Positions 40,701-52,800 of a DNA stretch of 64,000 nt are shown here, piece after piece. Source of the DNA: Macrostomum lignano. Taxonomy: Eukaryota. Under the pieces are notes generated by a model that was not told where the DNA came from, ran no database searches, and saw nothing but the letters and a program-made list of their open reading frames with translations. The DNA is taken from contig NIVC01000036.1 in the NCBI GenBank assembly GCA_002269645.1, forward strand, positions 124,001 to 188,000, given 5' to 3'. Positions within the stretch are counted from its first letter, which is position 1. The number at the start of each line of letters is the position of its first letter. The translations under genes were made by a program, and so were the position numbers.

Positions 40701-41319
40701 ACGCTAAGACAGACACTACGACAGACACTATGACAGACACTATGACAGACACTATGACAGACGCTAAGACAGACACTATGACAGACACTATGACAGACAC
40801 TATGACAGACACTATGACAGACACTATGACAGACACTATGACAGACACCATGACAGACACTATGACAGACACTATGACAGACACTATGACAGACACTATG
40901 ACAGACATTAAGACAGGCACTGAGACAGAGTCGGAGCTGATTCTATTAGTTTTATGACGGCTAAACCAACGATAGACACTCGAGAGAAGAAATGATTGGA
41001 GAAGATGCATTGCCGCTTGACAATAGACATATATATTACTCCAAGCTTTCGCTCATCAATTGTAAGTTAAACTAAGCTCCTTAAAAATGCGCGCATGGCT
41101 TAAATTTCACAGGTGAACAACTCTTTTTAATAAAAATCGACCAGTTTCGCAGGTTTGTTGCTTTTTGCTCATCTAACCTTTTTTACTAAATACGTGCGCA
41201 ATTGAACCGAAAGAAGAGGCTCAGATAACAGATTTTATAGTGGAATATCATTTTAGAGGTGGTAAGCCCCGAAAAAAGCTTACCTGCTGATTACTGAGTA
41301 CGATGCGTGCTCGGACCAT
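37787..41319 (-). CDS. Putative unknown small protein; exons 41319-41284, 39388 (or 39315)-39061, 38987-38939, 37803-37787
   Basis: Donors CAG|GTAAGC, AAG|GTAAAA, G|GTAAGA; acceptors TGTCTGCCAG, CGCTTGCAG, ACTTTCAG. The protein-like core is [24 protein letters not shown]...NYPK. The longer exon 2 is one base too long for frame. Confidence 0.45.
37897..38895 (+). repeat. 23/24-bp intronic minisatellite (CCCAAATTGACGTCTTCCTGACA)
   Basis: About 42 direct copies. Confidence 0.97.
39408..40915 (+). repeat. 12-bp minisatellite (ATGACAGACACT) with a 480-bp higher-order duplication
   Basis: About 125 units; lines 39781-40260 are identical to 40261-40740. Confidence 0.97.
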
Positions 41320-42544
41320 TCTAACCTGGGGGAGCGCGGCGCGGCTTTATCTACGAGTATCACTCTGTGCGCAAACGGAATAAGCTACAATACATTACGA
41401 TACGCCGTGAGTGTGGTTCACTGGCATACTAGTTAGTTTAGTTCTTCTGCACACTTACAGCAACTTTTACAAGTCACCATGCAGCATTCAAAACCCGTCA
41501 AAATATTCAATGAAATTTGATAACAAAGTAGCAAAATATCAATAACACGATCCCGATATATTTCTTGTCCATCATAAGCCGGACAGACCATCTCGGGACT
41601 CAAATCGCGCGATGCATTTTTTGAGATGTTCGGTTTTTAAAAGCAAATTCTGGGCCTTTCGGAGTTTTACTGTTAGTAATATAATTTTCATCCCAGTTTT
41701 GACTTAACACCTATAACCAAAAGCTCTTCAAAAGGCTATGTCAGTTTGATGTCAGTTCAGGACTCCAACCGAAATGAAAGACAGCAGACTAATTAGTTTA
41801 ATGAGGCGCAACACCTCCGCAGTAGGTGAGATTGACCCCGATAGAAGCGGGAGGAGGCACAACTCTCGCCAGTAGAACGGCAGGTAAACATCCTGATAAG
41901 CCCGCAGTACGATGGACAATTAAGAAAATTTTGAAGTCGATCCTTCTGGGACAGTTCCGTAGCCACCCTTCTGGGAAACCCGGTCGAGCCCCAGCGACGC
42001 CTCGTGTTGGCGCTCGGCCCGACCTGAAGAAGCAAACGACATTTCAATGGCTCACTACATAAAAAACGTTGGAACAAGCGCTGTTCTAGAGCTATAAGCT
42101 ATTTTCCTGACATTAATTCGTGGATTGAGTTTTCTTGCTAGAGAAGCGTGACACGGGCTGTAATCGATCAGTTTCAGATGATTCACTACATACACAGTAA
42201 GAATGAATTAGTGATTTATACAATTGCAAGACAGCGCCAGCAAATGAAGTTCTTTTAACAAAAAATCAATACGTATAAGTATAGTTTTGAATAATAAAAC
42301 ACGTATATTATAATGAATGAATTTGATATAAAATTTTTATATTTCTAAGAGGTCTCTCTTTAAAGAGAATGCTGTGAAAGATGGATCACTGACAATTTGT
42401 GACACTTCAGTCTACCTTGCGGTGAAATTGTTAGTTGGTACAAAAAGCTACAATCTAAAACAAAATAGCTAGCTCATTAAAATTGAAAACATCATAAGAG
42501 ACACATTACCAACATTCTTGCGCTACACAAACAAGCAAGGAATT

Positions 42545-44518
42545 TCACACAGGTACAGTTGTGTGGGTTTGTTCTAATAGCACTGTAGTATGATTGCCAC
42601 CGGCGCAGCTCGTGCCAGCGCAGATGTAACGGTTCTGATAGATTCGAAACAGCACAGCAACAGTCAGGAGCAGCAGCAGAAGCAGCCAAGTTAGACAGCG
42701 ACGAGCCAGCACTGGTCGCAGTGGCGGCAGCGAGTCCTGCTGCTCGATGCTCACTTCGGATTCGCTCTCGTACGGTGTGTCGTAGATCTGTGACGCGTGC
42801 CGAATCCGTTTCGGACGAATCTCGGGTAGCAACGGAGTTATTTCATTAGCGCCGCCTGGCGAAGCGGCTGCAAGAAGTTTGGCCGATGAATCTGACCCTG
42901 CGACTCGGTGCTGAGCATCGCTGACTTCCTTCTCCCAATTGGTGCGCAGGACAATCACCCAGAATACGAGGGTTTCACCGGCAAGACCGATCAGCAAACC
43001 GATCCAGAAGCCGCGAATCTCCATCGAAGTGAGCAGACTCAACGGAATGCCGATAGGCATGGCCACTGCACAGTACGCAATGAGATTGACCACTGCACCA
43101 ATAAACTGCCTACCGCTGCCCTTCAGCACACCTGAAGCAGTCGCTGAGAGTCCGTCAACGTAGGGAAACGGAGCGTATATGGTCAGCAGATCAGAGGCGG
43201 CGTCTCTCACTACCGGGTCGCTGGTGAACAGGCTGGCAATGTAGAAGTGACACGTAGAGAAAAAGAGGCAGATAATTGTTGACATTGTGAGAATCATTGT
43301 CACAGCTACTTTGTAGGTGTGTTTAGCCTTCTCAATCTGCTTAGCTCCAATGTGCTGACCAACCCGGATGTTCACAGCTATGGACATCCCCAGCGAGACC
43401 ATGTAGGACAGGACGGAAGCTTGGAATACGATGCCCTGAGCTGCCAGCTGAAGAGTGCTGATGCCGCCGGCAATGAAGGTACCGATCTGAGGAAAGGATA
43501 AAAGAACACAATGTGCGACAAAAACCCTCTTAGCTGTCTCTGTCAATCGGGTACATTTATTTACGCAAAGTAGATGTTCAATGTGATATGGGAGTGAGCG
43601 CGTTTAAAACGGAAAAAGACAACCGTAAAATTTTATTTCCCCTCAAATTCATTGTGATATTAAATATCTAATTCAAAAAGCATCAGCTGTGCTTACCTGG
43701 AAGCATAATTCCTCCATCGCTACGAGCAGAAGGCCTGGCACAGCCAGCCGGACGAATCCGCCGATGTCGTACAGAGCTTCAATCGTCCAGCCGTCCCACG
43801 TGTCCTCATAGACGCCCGACACTCGAATGTACGCGATTATACAGGCGCACATCACGAACAGCGACGCTGCCTGACACGCTGCGGACGCCTCGTACTGAAA
43901 GCCCAGCACGTAGATTGCGATGTACTGAGACACTGCGTTGAACACGTTCCCGATGAAGGCGCAGATCAGAGGCGGGTACACTCGGTTCTGAGTCTGCAGG
44001 TACCGAGCCAGCACCAGAAACGTGTAGTCAAAGAACACGCCCGGCATGAAGATCAGGATGTATTGCGATGTCATGTCACTGACTACTGGGTCCTGACCCA
44101 ACAGAAGCAGCAACGGCTTGATGTTCAGGTTCAAGCAGTACACAGGGATCAGGAACATGTACATGACAATGAGACTGCGCTGCAGATAGAGACCGACTCT
44201 CTTCCTGTAGGCGCTGCCGTAGGTCTGAGCGAAGTACGTGTCGCATGCGGTGGACAGGCCAAGACCGATACTCAGGCCCGCAACGCTGATGAGCGTGCAG
44301 GCGAGAGCGGCCGCGTCCAGCTGTTCCTTGGACAGGTGGCCGCACATGATCACGCTGATGGTCTGCAAGAAGATCTGGAAGAAGCACGTGAGGAACGACG
44401 GCAAGTGCAGCTTGCCGATCTCGCGGAACTCCTTCCAGTATCCGAGCGGGAAAAACCGCTCGCCGAAGCGTCTCGGGAGTTGCTTCACGTTTTGCTGAAC
44501 TGTTGCCTTCTTTGTCAT
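42545..44518 (-). CDS. SLC47A: MATE family (SLC47) transporter; exons 44537/ATG 44518-43697 and 43486-42545; 587 aa from own ATG
   Basis: Motifs GLSTACDTYFAQTYG, RVGLYLQRS, RYLQTQ, TWDGWT, RLAVPG, IRVGQHIGA, GVLKGSGRQFIGAVVN, GFWIGL, LRTNWEKE and a C-terminal extra TM; 210-bp phase-0 GT-AG intron. Confidence 0.93.
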
Positions 44519-44688
44519 TCGAAATGGGATTTTTAACCTGTGGAGAGAACAAATTTCATTGAAATTGATTGAAATTTGCTGCAAAAATGAGGAGCACAGT
44601 ATTTTGTTAAGTTTTATAACCAGTTTACCAGCTAAATATGCCATCAACGGTCTGTATTTTATCCAACTTACATGTAGAAAACTCCATC

Positions 44689-45315
44689 AAGACTGCAGAT
44701 TTTGAGCATCAAGACTGTAGATTTTGAGCATCAAGACTGCAGATTTTGAGCATCAAGACTGCAGATTTTGAGCATCAAGACTGCAGATTTTGAGCATCAA
44801 GACTGTAGATTTTGAGCATCAAGACTGCAGATTTTGAGCATCAAGACTGTAGATTTTGAGCACCAAGACTGCAGATTTTGAGCATCAAGACTGTAGATTT
44901 TGAGCATCAAGACTGCAGATTTTGAGCATCAAGACTGCAGATTTTGAGCATCAAGACTGTAGATTTTGAGCATCAAGACTGCAGATTTTGAGCATCAAGA
45001 CTGCAGATTTTGAGTAGCAAGACTGCAGATTTTGAGCATCAAGACTGTAGATTTTGAGCTTCAAGACTGTAGATTTTGAGCATCAAGACTGCAGATTTTG
45101 AGCATCAAGACTGTAGATGTTGAGCATCAAGACTGCAGATTTTGAGTAGCAAGACTGCAGATTTTGAGCATCAAGACTGTAGATTTTGAGTAGCAAGACT
45201 GCAGATTTTGAGCATCAAGACTGTAGATGTTGAGCATCAAGACTGTAGATTTTGATTAGCAAGACTGCAGATTTTGATTAGCAAGACTGCAGATTTTGAG
45301 CATCTGCGGTAGATT
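44689..45315 (+). repeat. 22-bp intronic minisatellite (GCATCAAGACTGCAGATTTTGA)
   Basis: About 28 direct copies. Confidence 0.96.
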
Positions 45316-45401
45316 TTGAAATCACGAATCTATATATATATATATATATATCGATTGGATCTAATCAGACTCAAAATGAAGACGCTGAACTCAAAACTCA
45401 C

Positions 45402-45748
45402 CTAAAGGTGAACACGGACACTACAATACTGATAACCAGCAGCTGCAGCATCAGCACAGCGTACACCCTGGTGATGAAGCCACGTCGCATGGCGGGATCA
45501 GAGAAGCTGGGCCCAGCCTCAAAACCGCCGCCGACACCTCCGCCACCTTCAATGATGGCCACGGCGTCGTGACCTTCAGGACGAGAGTGGGCGTAGCCCC
45601 CGCCAGCGGTGGCAGGCGGCTGACTGGAGTCGCCAGTGGCCACAGGTGCGTACTGCACCGACGGGTAGGCCGGCTTCACCGCGTCTGTGTAGCTGGGCAG
45701 CTGCCGCTGCTGCCCTGCCTGCTGCTCCGCTGTTTGGTCTTGCTTCTC
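45402..45748 (-). CDS. Lifeguard/TMBIM-like exon (N-terminal tail + TM1), probably preceded by a 12-codon exon at 48036-48001
   Basis: FSDPAMRRGFITRVYAVLMLQLL matches the TMBIM RRGFIRKVY signature; acceptor CTATCTTCCAG, donor AG|GTGAGT (phase 2). Confidence 0.8.
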
Positions 45749-45814
45749 CTGGAAGATAGATTTTTTTCTCTGGAGGACTTATAATTCAAACAATATTGTC
45801 TACACAGCAAGGCT

Positions 45815-46610
45815 AGGGATCTGGGAGGCTGACCCAGCAACTGAGGATCTGGGAGGCTGGCCCAGCAACTGAGGATCTGGGAGGCTGACCCAGCAGATGA
45901 GGATCTGGGAGGCTGACCAAGCAACTAAGAATATCGGAGGCTGGCCCAGCAACTGACACTCTGGGAGGCTGACCCAGCAGATGAGGATTTGGGAGGCTGG
46001 CCCAGAAGATGAGGATCTGGGAGGCTGGCCCAGCAACTGAGGATCTGGGAGGCTGGCCCAGCAACTGAGGATCTGGGAGGCTGGCCCAGCAACTGAGGAT
46101 CTGGGAGGCTGACCCAGCAGATGAGGATCTGGGAGGCTGGCCCAGCAACTGAGGATCCGGGAGGCTGGCCCAGCAACTCAGGATCTGGGAGGCTGGCCCA
46201 GCAACTGAGGATCTGGGAGGCTGGCTCAGCAACTCAGGATCTGGGAGGCTGGCCCAGAAACTGGGGATCTGGGAGGCTGGCCCAGCAACTGAGGATCGGG
46301 AGGCTGGCTCAGCAACTCAGGATCTGGGAGGCTGGCCCAGAAACTGGGGATCTGGGAGGCTGGCCCAGCAACTGAGGATCCGGGAGGCTGGCCCAGCAAC
46401 TCAGGATCTGGGAGGCTGGCCCAGCAACTGAGGATCCGGGAGGCTGGCTCAGCAACTCAGGATCTGGGAGGCTGGCCCAGAAACTGGGGATCTGGGAGGC
46501 TGGCCCAGCAACTGAGGATCTGGGAGGCTGGCCCAGCAACTGAGGATCTGGGAGGCTGGCCCAGCAGCTGAGGATCTGGGAGGCTGGCCCGGCAACTGAG
46601 GATCTGGGAA
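45815..46610 (+). repeat. 28-bp GC-rich minisatellite (GAGGATCTGGGAGGCTGGCCCAGCAACT)
   Basis: About 28 direct copies. Confidence 0.96.
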
Positions 46611-46759
46611 AATTTAAATGCGCATCAGACTACTTTTAGTAGCGTAGAGCTAAGAGCCCCCCCCCGAGAATAACTTTTTGTTTGCAGTCGAAAGAAGATT
46701 AAAAGCATCAAATTGACGATAAATTTATACATGTAAATATTTGCGCTTTTAGAAAAAAG

Positions 46760-47466
46760 TAGGGAGAGGGGAGAGGGTAGAGAGGAGAGAGGCTAGAGAG
46801 GATATTGGGTAGAGAGGATATAGGGTAGAGAGGAGAGAGGGTAGAGAGGATATAGGGTAGAGAGGATATAGGGTAGAGAGGAGAGAGGGTAGAGAGGATA
46901 TAGGGTAGAGAGGATATAGGGTAGAGAGGAGAGAGGGTAGAGAGGATATAGGGTAGAGAGGATATAGGGTAGAGAGGAGAGAGGGTAGAGAGGATATAGG
47001 GTAGAGAGGATATAGGGTAAAGATCGGATATAGGGTAAAGAGGATATAGGGTAGAAAGGAGAGAGGGTAGAGAGGATATAGGGTAGAGAGGAGAGAGGGT
47101 AGAGAGGATATAGGGTAGAGAGGATATAGGGTAGAGAGGATATAGGGTAGAGAGGAGAGAGGGTAGAGAGGATATAGGGTAGAGAGGATATAGGGTAAAG
47201 ATCGGATATAGGGTAAAGAGGATATAGGGTAGAAAGGAGAGAGGGTAGAGAGGATATAGGGTAGAGAGGAGAGAGGGTAGAGAGGATATAGGGTAGAGAG
47301 GATATAGGGTAGAGAGGATATAGGGTAGAGAGGAGAGAGGGTAGAGAGGAGAGGGGAGAGAAGAGACACAAACCTTGGGCGGGCCGGGCCGGATTGCTAT
47401 TGTGAAGATTCAAAGGACCCGAGGGCCGGAGAGAGAGGCTTGACGGGCCGGACTTGCCGACCCCTG
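46760..47466. repeat. 16-bp purine-rich array ending in a hAT-MITE-like terminus
   Basis: GGGTAGAGAGGATATA units, followed by GGGCCGGACTTGCCGACCCCTG; a related left-end-like fragment lies at 34268-34510. Confidence 0.7.
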
Positions 47467-48974
47467 CTTTAACCAAAGGATTGGTTAAAAGTGGAGCAAT
47501 GCTAGGGGGGATTGAGTGAAAACTGTCTTAGTTTTTTGCTTTTTGGGTTTGTTGAAAATTTGAAATTCGGAAATTTGAGGTAGCTTAAAGCCACCTTAGT
47601 GAATTTTGGGGGGGGGGTTTACTAGGCCGAAACTTCACATTGCCGAGTATGCTCTTCCATAAGGTTCGGCCTAGTGAAAGAGTGCTTTTGGGCAAAGTGA
47701 AATTTTTGCCTAATGAAAGCGCCCCGTGAATTTGGTGCGGTTGTTTTTTATGGAGTTTAATATTTGTACGTTTGTAACTCACACTGCAATGTGATTGTGA
47801 AAGTATGTATTGCTAAAAATACCAACCCTTTCGTTTCAGATGACACACTAATCTCGAAGTATAGATAGTTACAAGCAGATACAGTTGTTCATTGTAGTAA
47901 ATGTAAGACAGGACAAGTATGCAAAACAGATTGGGCGTCGTTGTTGAAAGGCTAAACTTTGTAATTAAAATGTAAAAAATATAGTAACTGTAACATTCAC
48001 CTGTAACAGGTATACCCCTGTACTTTCAGGGATCATCGACGTTAGTTATTGATGACTACAACGGCATTTATGACGTAGCAAATTCGAGATGTAGTTAGCG
48101 ATTAATTAATTATTAGTTATTTATTTTATAAGTTATTTATTTATTAGTTAGCAGTTGGCAGTTGGCAATTGGCGACAATGAACTAGCCGGTTCAGACAAT
48201 GAATAGATGAAGTCAATGGTTTATCGAATCGAAGAACTGACGACTGGATAGGCGGCCAATTGTAAATTATGTCCCGGTGGGACCGCCAAAAATATATGAC
48301 GTAGCAAATTCGAGATGTAGTTAGCGATTAATTAATTATTAGTTATTTATTTATTAGCTGTTTATTTATTAGTTAGCTAGTTCAATTATTAGTAGTGTTG
48401 ACACGCAGAGTACGAGACAAAATGCCGAGTTTAGGAGAGTATACAAAAACGAGCGCGAGGCAACAATTTAAATTGGCGGGGAAATCCGATTCATTTAAAC
48501 CTAAGATGTCTATCAAAAAAGTAATAACTTGGATTTAAATAAATAAAACTTAAAGTACATTTTTTCTAAATAAATTACATTAAATTAAGATGCTAACGAC
48601 GTCGTCACACATTGGTACGATAGAGAGGCCAATATATAGAATCCGAGACTCTAAAAATGCGAACTGATCGGACACAAATAACACCTTAATAAGAAATGTT
48701 AGTAAAATTTATTGCTTAATAAGCTATATATATACACGATTGGCTATTATAGGACCAAACATCTTGGACAGCTAATAATAAAATACGTTTTTAACAAGAT
48801 CAATTCACAGTCTGTAGAACGATGCGGGACTGTATATTATAATGATACAACATAAAGAAGTTTATGTTTTTTGTTTGTTTCTCTTTCTCTCTAATCATTT
48901 TTAAGTCCATCATCTATTGGGCGCAATCTCGTCGCTAAAAATGTTAACTTTATCGAACATGCACTTGTAATCTC

Positions 48975-49892
48975 CTACTGACGACTGAAGCCAAGCAGTA
49001 TGAGAAAGATGTAGACAACATCCACGTAGATCTGCATAGCTCCGTAGACGTACTCCTCCTCGGATAGATCGTGCCTACGACTGCCGACAACGCGCTGGGT
49101 GTCGAAGATGAGGAACAGCACGAACAGCAACGCCAGCAGGCCGCCATAGACGCAGTCAAGAATCTTGGCGGTCATTGAGAAATTCGGATCGCCCCTGTAC
49201 ACAAAGAAGGTGACCAAGCAGGACAGTCCGAACAGGAACACCACCAGGCTAAAACCGAACAGCAAGCCGCTGCACATGGTGAAGTCGTAGCGAGTCTGCA
49301 CAGCGAACAGGGTGACGCCAAGGCACACGGCGGCGGTGACGCCAAGGCACACGGCCACCGTGTTAGTCTGATAGCACGAAGCAATAACTCCAGTCATGAA
49401 GGACAAGCTAGCCGTGAAGATGGCCAAAGAAATAAAATTTCCAGGAAATCTACGACGCAGCGGTGTAATGCAGACCAGAGCAAAGTACATGATAATAAAG
49501 ATTCCATAGGACACGTGGAACAGCCACAGATTGGATCTGGCAAATTGTTTCACAGGTTTCACAGCCGAGAAAATGATCACAACAGTGAAGGTGACCAACA
49601 GTTGGGCAAACAGTATCAGATAGACTTTGCGGATGAAGCCGCGCCGGATCTCTTTATTGTCGAGGCCGCGGATAGCGAATTCGCCAACTTCATTGGTGGC
49701 GCCAGATTCCACATCACCGGCAGATCCAGGCTGGTTACTAAAGCCTTCATTTTTTATGCCTCCTGTGCCCGAGCCCTGAGCCTGAGCAGAGCCAGCCTTT
49801 TGCGGACAGTCAGTGTAAGCTTCTGCCGGATATGGAGGCGGCTGCACCTTAACTTCATTAGGATAATTTTTCAAAGGCTGATCAGCAGACAT
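48975..49892 (-). CDS. TMBIM: Protein lifeguard (TMBIM/FAIM2/GRINA-like), intronless CDS, 305 aa
   Basis: Complete Bax-inhibitor-1 family domain (IRRGFIRKVY, RRRFPGNF, QTRYDFT, FDTQ, EEYVYGAMQIYVD) and an N-terminal PPPY; upstream acceptor at 49946-49948. Confidence 0.95.
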   Translation of the reverse strand: MSADQPLKNYPNEVKVQPPPYPAEAYTDCPQKAGSAQAQGSGTGGIKNEGFSNQPGSAGDVESGATNEVGEFAIRGLDNKEIRRGFIRKVYLILFAQLLVTFTVVIIFSAVKPVKQFARSNLWLFHVSYGIFIIMYFALVCITPLRRRFPGNFISLAIFTASLSFMTGVIASCYQTNTVAVCLGVTAAVCLGVTLFAVQTRYDFTMCSGLLFGFSLVVFLFGLSCLVTFFVYRGDPNFSMTAKILDCVYGGLLALLFVLFLIFDTQRVVGSRRHDLSEEEYVYGAMQIYVDVVYIFLILLGFSRQ

Positions 49893-52800
49893 GGTTACAA
49901 TTGGTTTCAGTTTTTTTGTTATAACTTTAATCTGTTAGCAATAAGCTGAAGGATAGAATTGGTAAAAAATTGGCATTTTAGGTTAGCATGATTAGCAATG
50001 TTACTTACTATAATTCCTATTTTAAGTAGCCTAGCAAAATTGACACAAAGCAACCTCTAAAATTACACTGGCTATTCAATTTAGTTTTGACTAAAACAGA
50101 AATGTTAGTTCTGCAGCTGACCCAAAAGCTAAGAAAAAATGATCTTTTTGTTGCCAGAGTTTGGCAAAAAGTCAAAAATCCTTTACAACAGGTTGCTTGA
50201 TGGCCTGACTAGGGTGGGGGGGCTGGCTTGACTAAGTATTTTTCTGGTCCCTTGTGTGTGGCCCCTACTTCCATTGCATTGTCACCCCTCAGATTAACCA
50301 GTAGGTGACATGTAGACATAGAGAGAAGTGGGCTAATGCCTCAACTGATAGCAATCCTAGGCAGTTGTTCTCTATCCTTTATTTGCCTATCATAGCACTA
50401 TACTTGGATTCAACCACAAGGACATCAGGATGGTAGCCATGACCATCTTGGGCATTTCTACCACTAAGAAAAATAACCATTCTTTTAGTAAAAAATGCTA
50501 AAAATGTGTCTTTACTTAGTATAGGCTGACCTGAATTTCTGCTTATGAATTCTACCAGTTGAAGACTACTAGACAAGCAACTATTTACCTCCACAACTCT
50601 GTATATGGACCAAGTAACAGACAATAATACTTTCAGATGCCCCTAGAGAAAAAAAAGCAATAGCTATCTATGGTTGCCTAGGCTTGATAGAATGGGTAGC
50701 AACATCTTCCTTTAAAAATAAAGTTATTTAAATTTGTTTTCTTATTTGATTCTCAACAAGGCTAGTTGTAATTTTAGTAAAAAAAACTGGATTACCATTA
50801 TAGAGAATGAAAAGTCTGCCCACATTGCTAGAATTTTTTAGCTTTAACTATTAACATCAACTAGCTATTTTCAATTCAATAGAAATTATTTGGAACCTTG
50901 AAAATGAATCTCTTTGTATATACTAAAACTGACACATTTTCTACATATCTAAATCTTAAGGTATACCATAGTTTAGAGGATGCTATTATCTAGGGAACTT
51001 TTCCATGTAATAGCATATAGAAGTGATTGTTATTTAATTTTTGGCACAATAAGCAAAATATCTTTTATATAACCAATATTAGATAAGCTGTCTTTGTGCA
51101 AATGATAAACCTGTTTACTAGTATATCTAAATTAAACTTTTTTAACCAAATTTTGCTAAAATAGTCATCATCAAAATTAGTCAAAAATAAATTGAATGGT
51201 TTTTATAGAATTTCCTAAATGAAAAATATACTTAGTATATGCTGTATAAAACAAAATAATAAATATATAATTATGAAATTATATATAATTGTTTATAGGC
51301 CTAAATGTAATTATATTAAATTTATATTTCCAACTATAAAAAAATCTTTTTTTGTATGTTTGTGTTTAAATTACTTTGCTATATACTTCCAAACTGCTTA
51401 ACTTAATTACATCAATTTTTGCACCCACCCTAAACTTACTACAAAAACTATCTTAGGCTACCTTAGAACTTCCTAAGTTTAGGCCCTTAAGACTTCCATA
51501 TACTAAAAATGGTATTCTTATCTCAAAGTGCAAAAAAACTGATAGTGCATTTTTTCACCAAATCCTTTGCAGTGCTGCTCCACTTATGCCTATACCAATA
51601 ATCTTTAAATTTTACATATAGTTTAAACTATTTCAATGCAATTTTGTTAAATTTCAAGTCTTAAAGTTAATCCTAATTGATATTGTATACTTTTAAAGTT
51701 AGTCTGTTATTTTAGAATGAAAGCCAGCTTAAACTTTGCTCACCTTTTCCTTCCTAATCTGGGCCCAGATGCGTAAGAGGTTTTAAAAGTGGCTTAAATT
51801 TAGCTGCCATAAGTTTGCTCCACATAAAGACTTCAAACTTGATATAAAATGAGAGAAAAGAGAGGAAAAGGAAAGAGAAGGGAAGAAAGGGTCTAGGATT
51901 CTAAGAGATTTTTTGCTTAGCTTACTTTGTTAATTGATCAATAACTCTTCTTTAATCATGGCTAGACACCCTGCTACAACCACTACTTTAATCCTTATTG
52001 CAGATGCATAACCTGCAGCAGACCTATGCAACTTTAACCTAACAATGTGCAATTTGATTATAATAATAGCCACCAACAAAGTGATGATTTACTAGTTAGC
52101 TATGTACCACCTACTGGCCAACCAACAATGATATACCACCTATCCTAGATAGCTATCAATGTAGCTACAGAAATAGAAAAATGGTCATTTCATTGATAGC
52201 TGCTACTATAGGCTTGCCTTCAATGCTAGACATAAGCATTTATCCAAAAGGGATCCTTCTTTGAGGCCAGTCATTTGCCTATGACCTAGCTAATCAACCT
52301 TATTTATTTACTAATGGGCTATACCAGCTATGTAGGCCAAGTAGGAAAATACTTGGCAGCGATGCAAAAACATTGCTGTCTAGACCATTGTGGACTAGCA
52401 AAACTTCATCCAGGACATCTGCAGTTAGTATAAGACTAGGGGCCTACAAGACTATCTACTACAGCTAAAAGAACCTAACAGAACCTTCAAGGCCCTATTC
52501 AATATGGATGCTGACCAATTTGGCAACAAATAAATTTGGTAACAGAGATTCAAAATGGACCAATTCAGTGAAAGCAAATTTGGCAAAAATCTAGGCAGAT
52601 TTAGTGACAATTAATGAAAGAAAAAATTGTGTATAATTTGGATAGTTCCTTTAATATAATTTAATTCTTAATTGCATATTAGCTTTCCCTTGTCATTAGG
52701 TTTTTTTATCCATTATTTATCCTTGTGAGTTTTAAAAGTCCTTTCCAAAAATGTTTGCTACTTTAAGGTTGGGTGGCCTTATAAGCAAAAATGTTTGGAA

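Noticed and set aside
39382-41010. 515/542-aa mucin-like ORFs (MTDT / VSVI)
   Set aside because: 12-bp satellite open on both strands, lying in a predicted intron.
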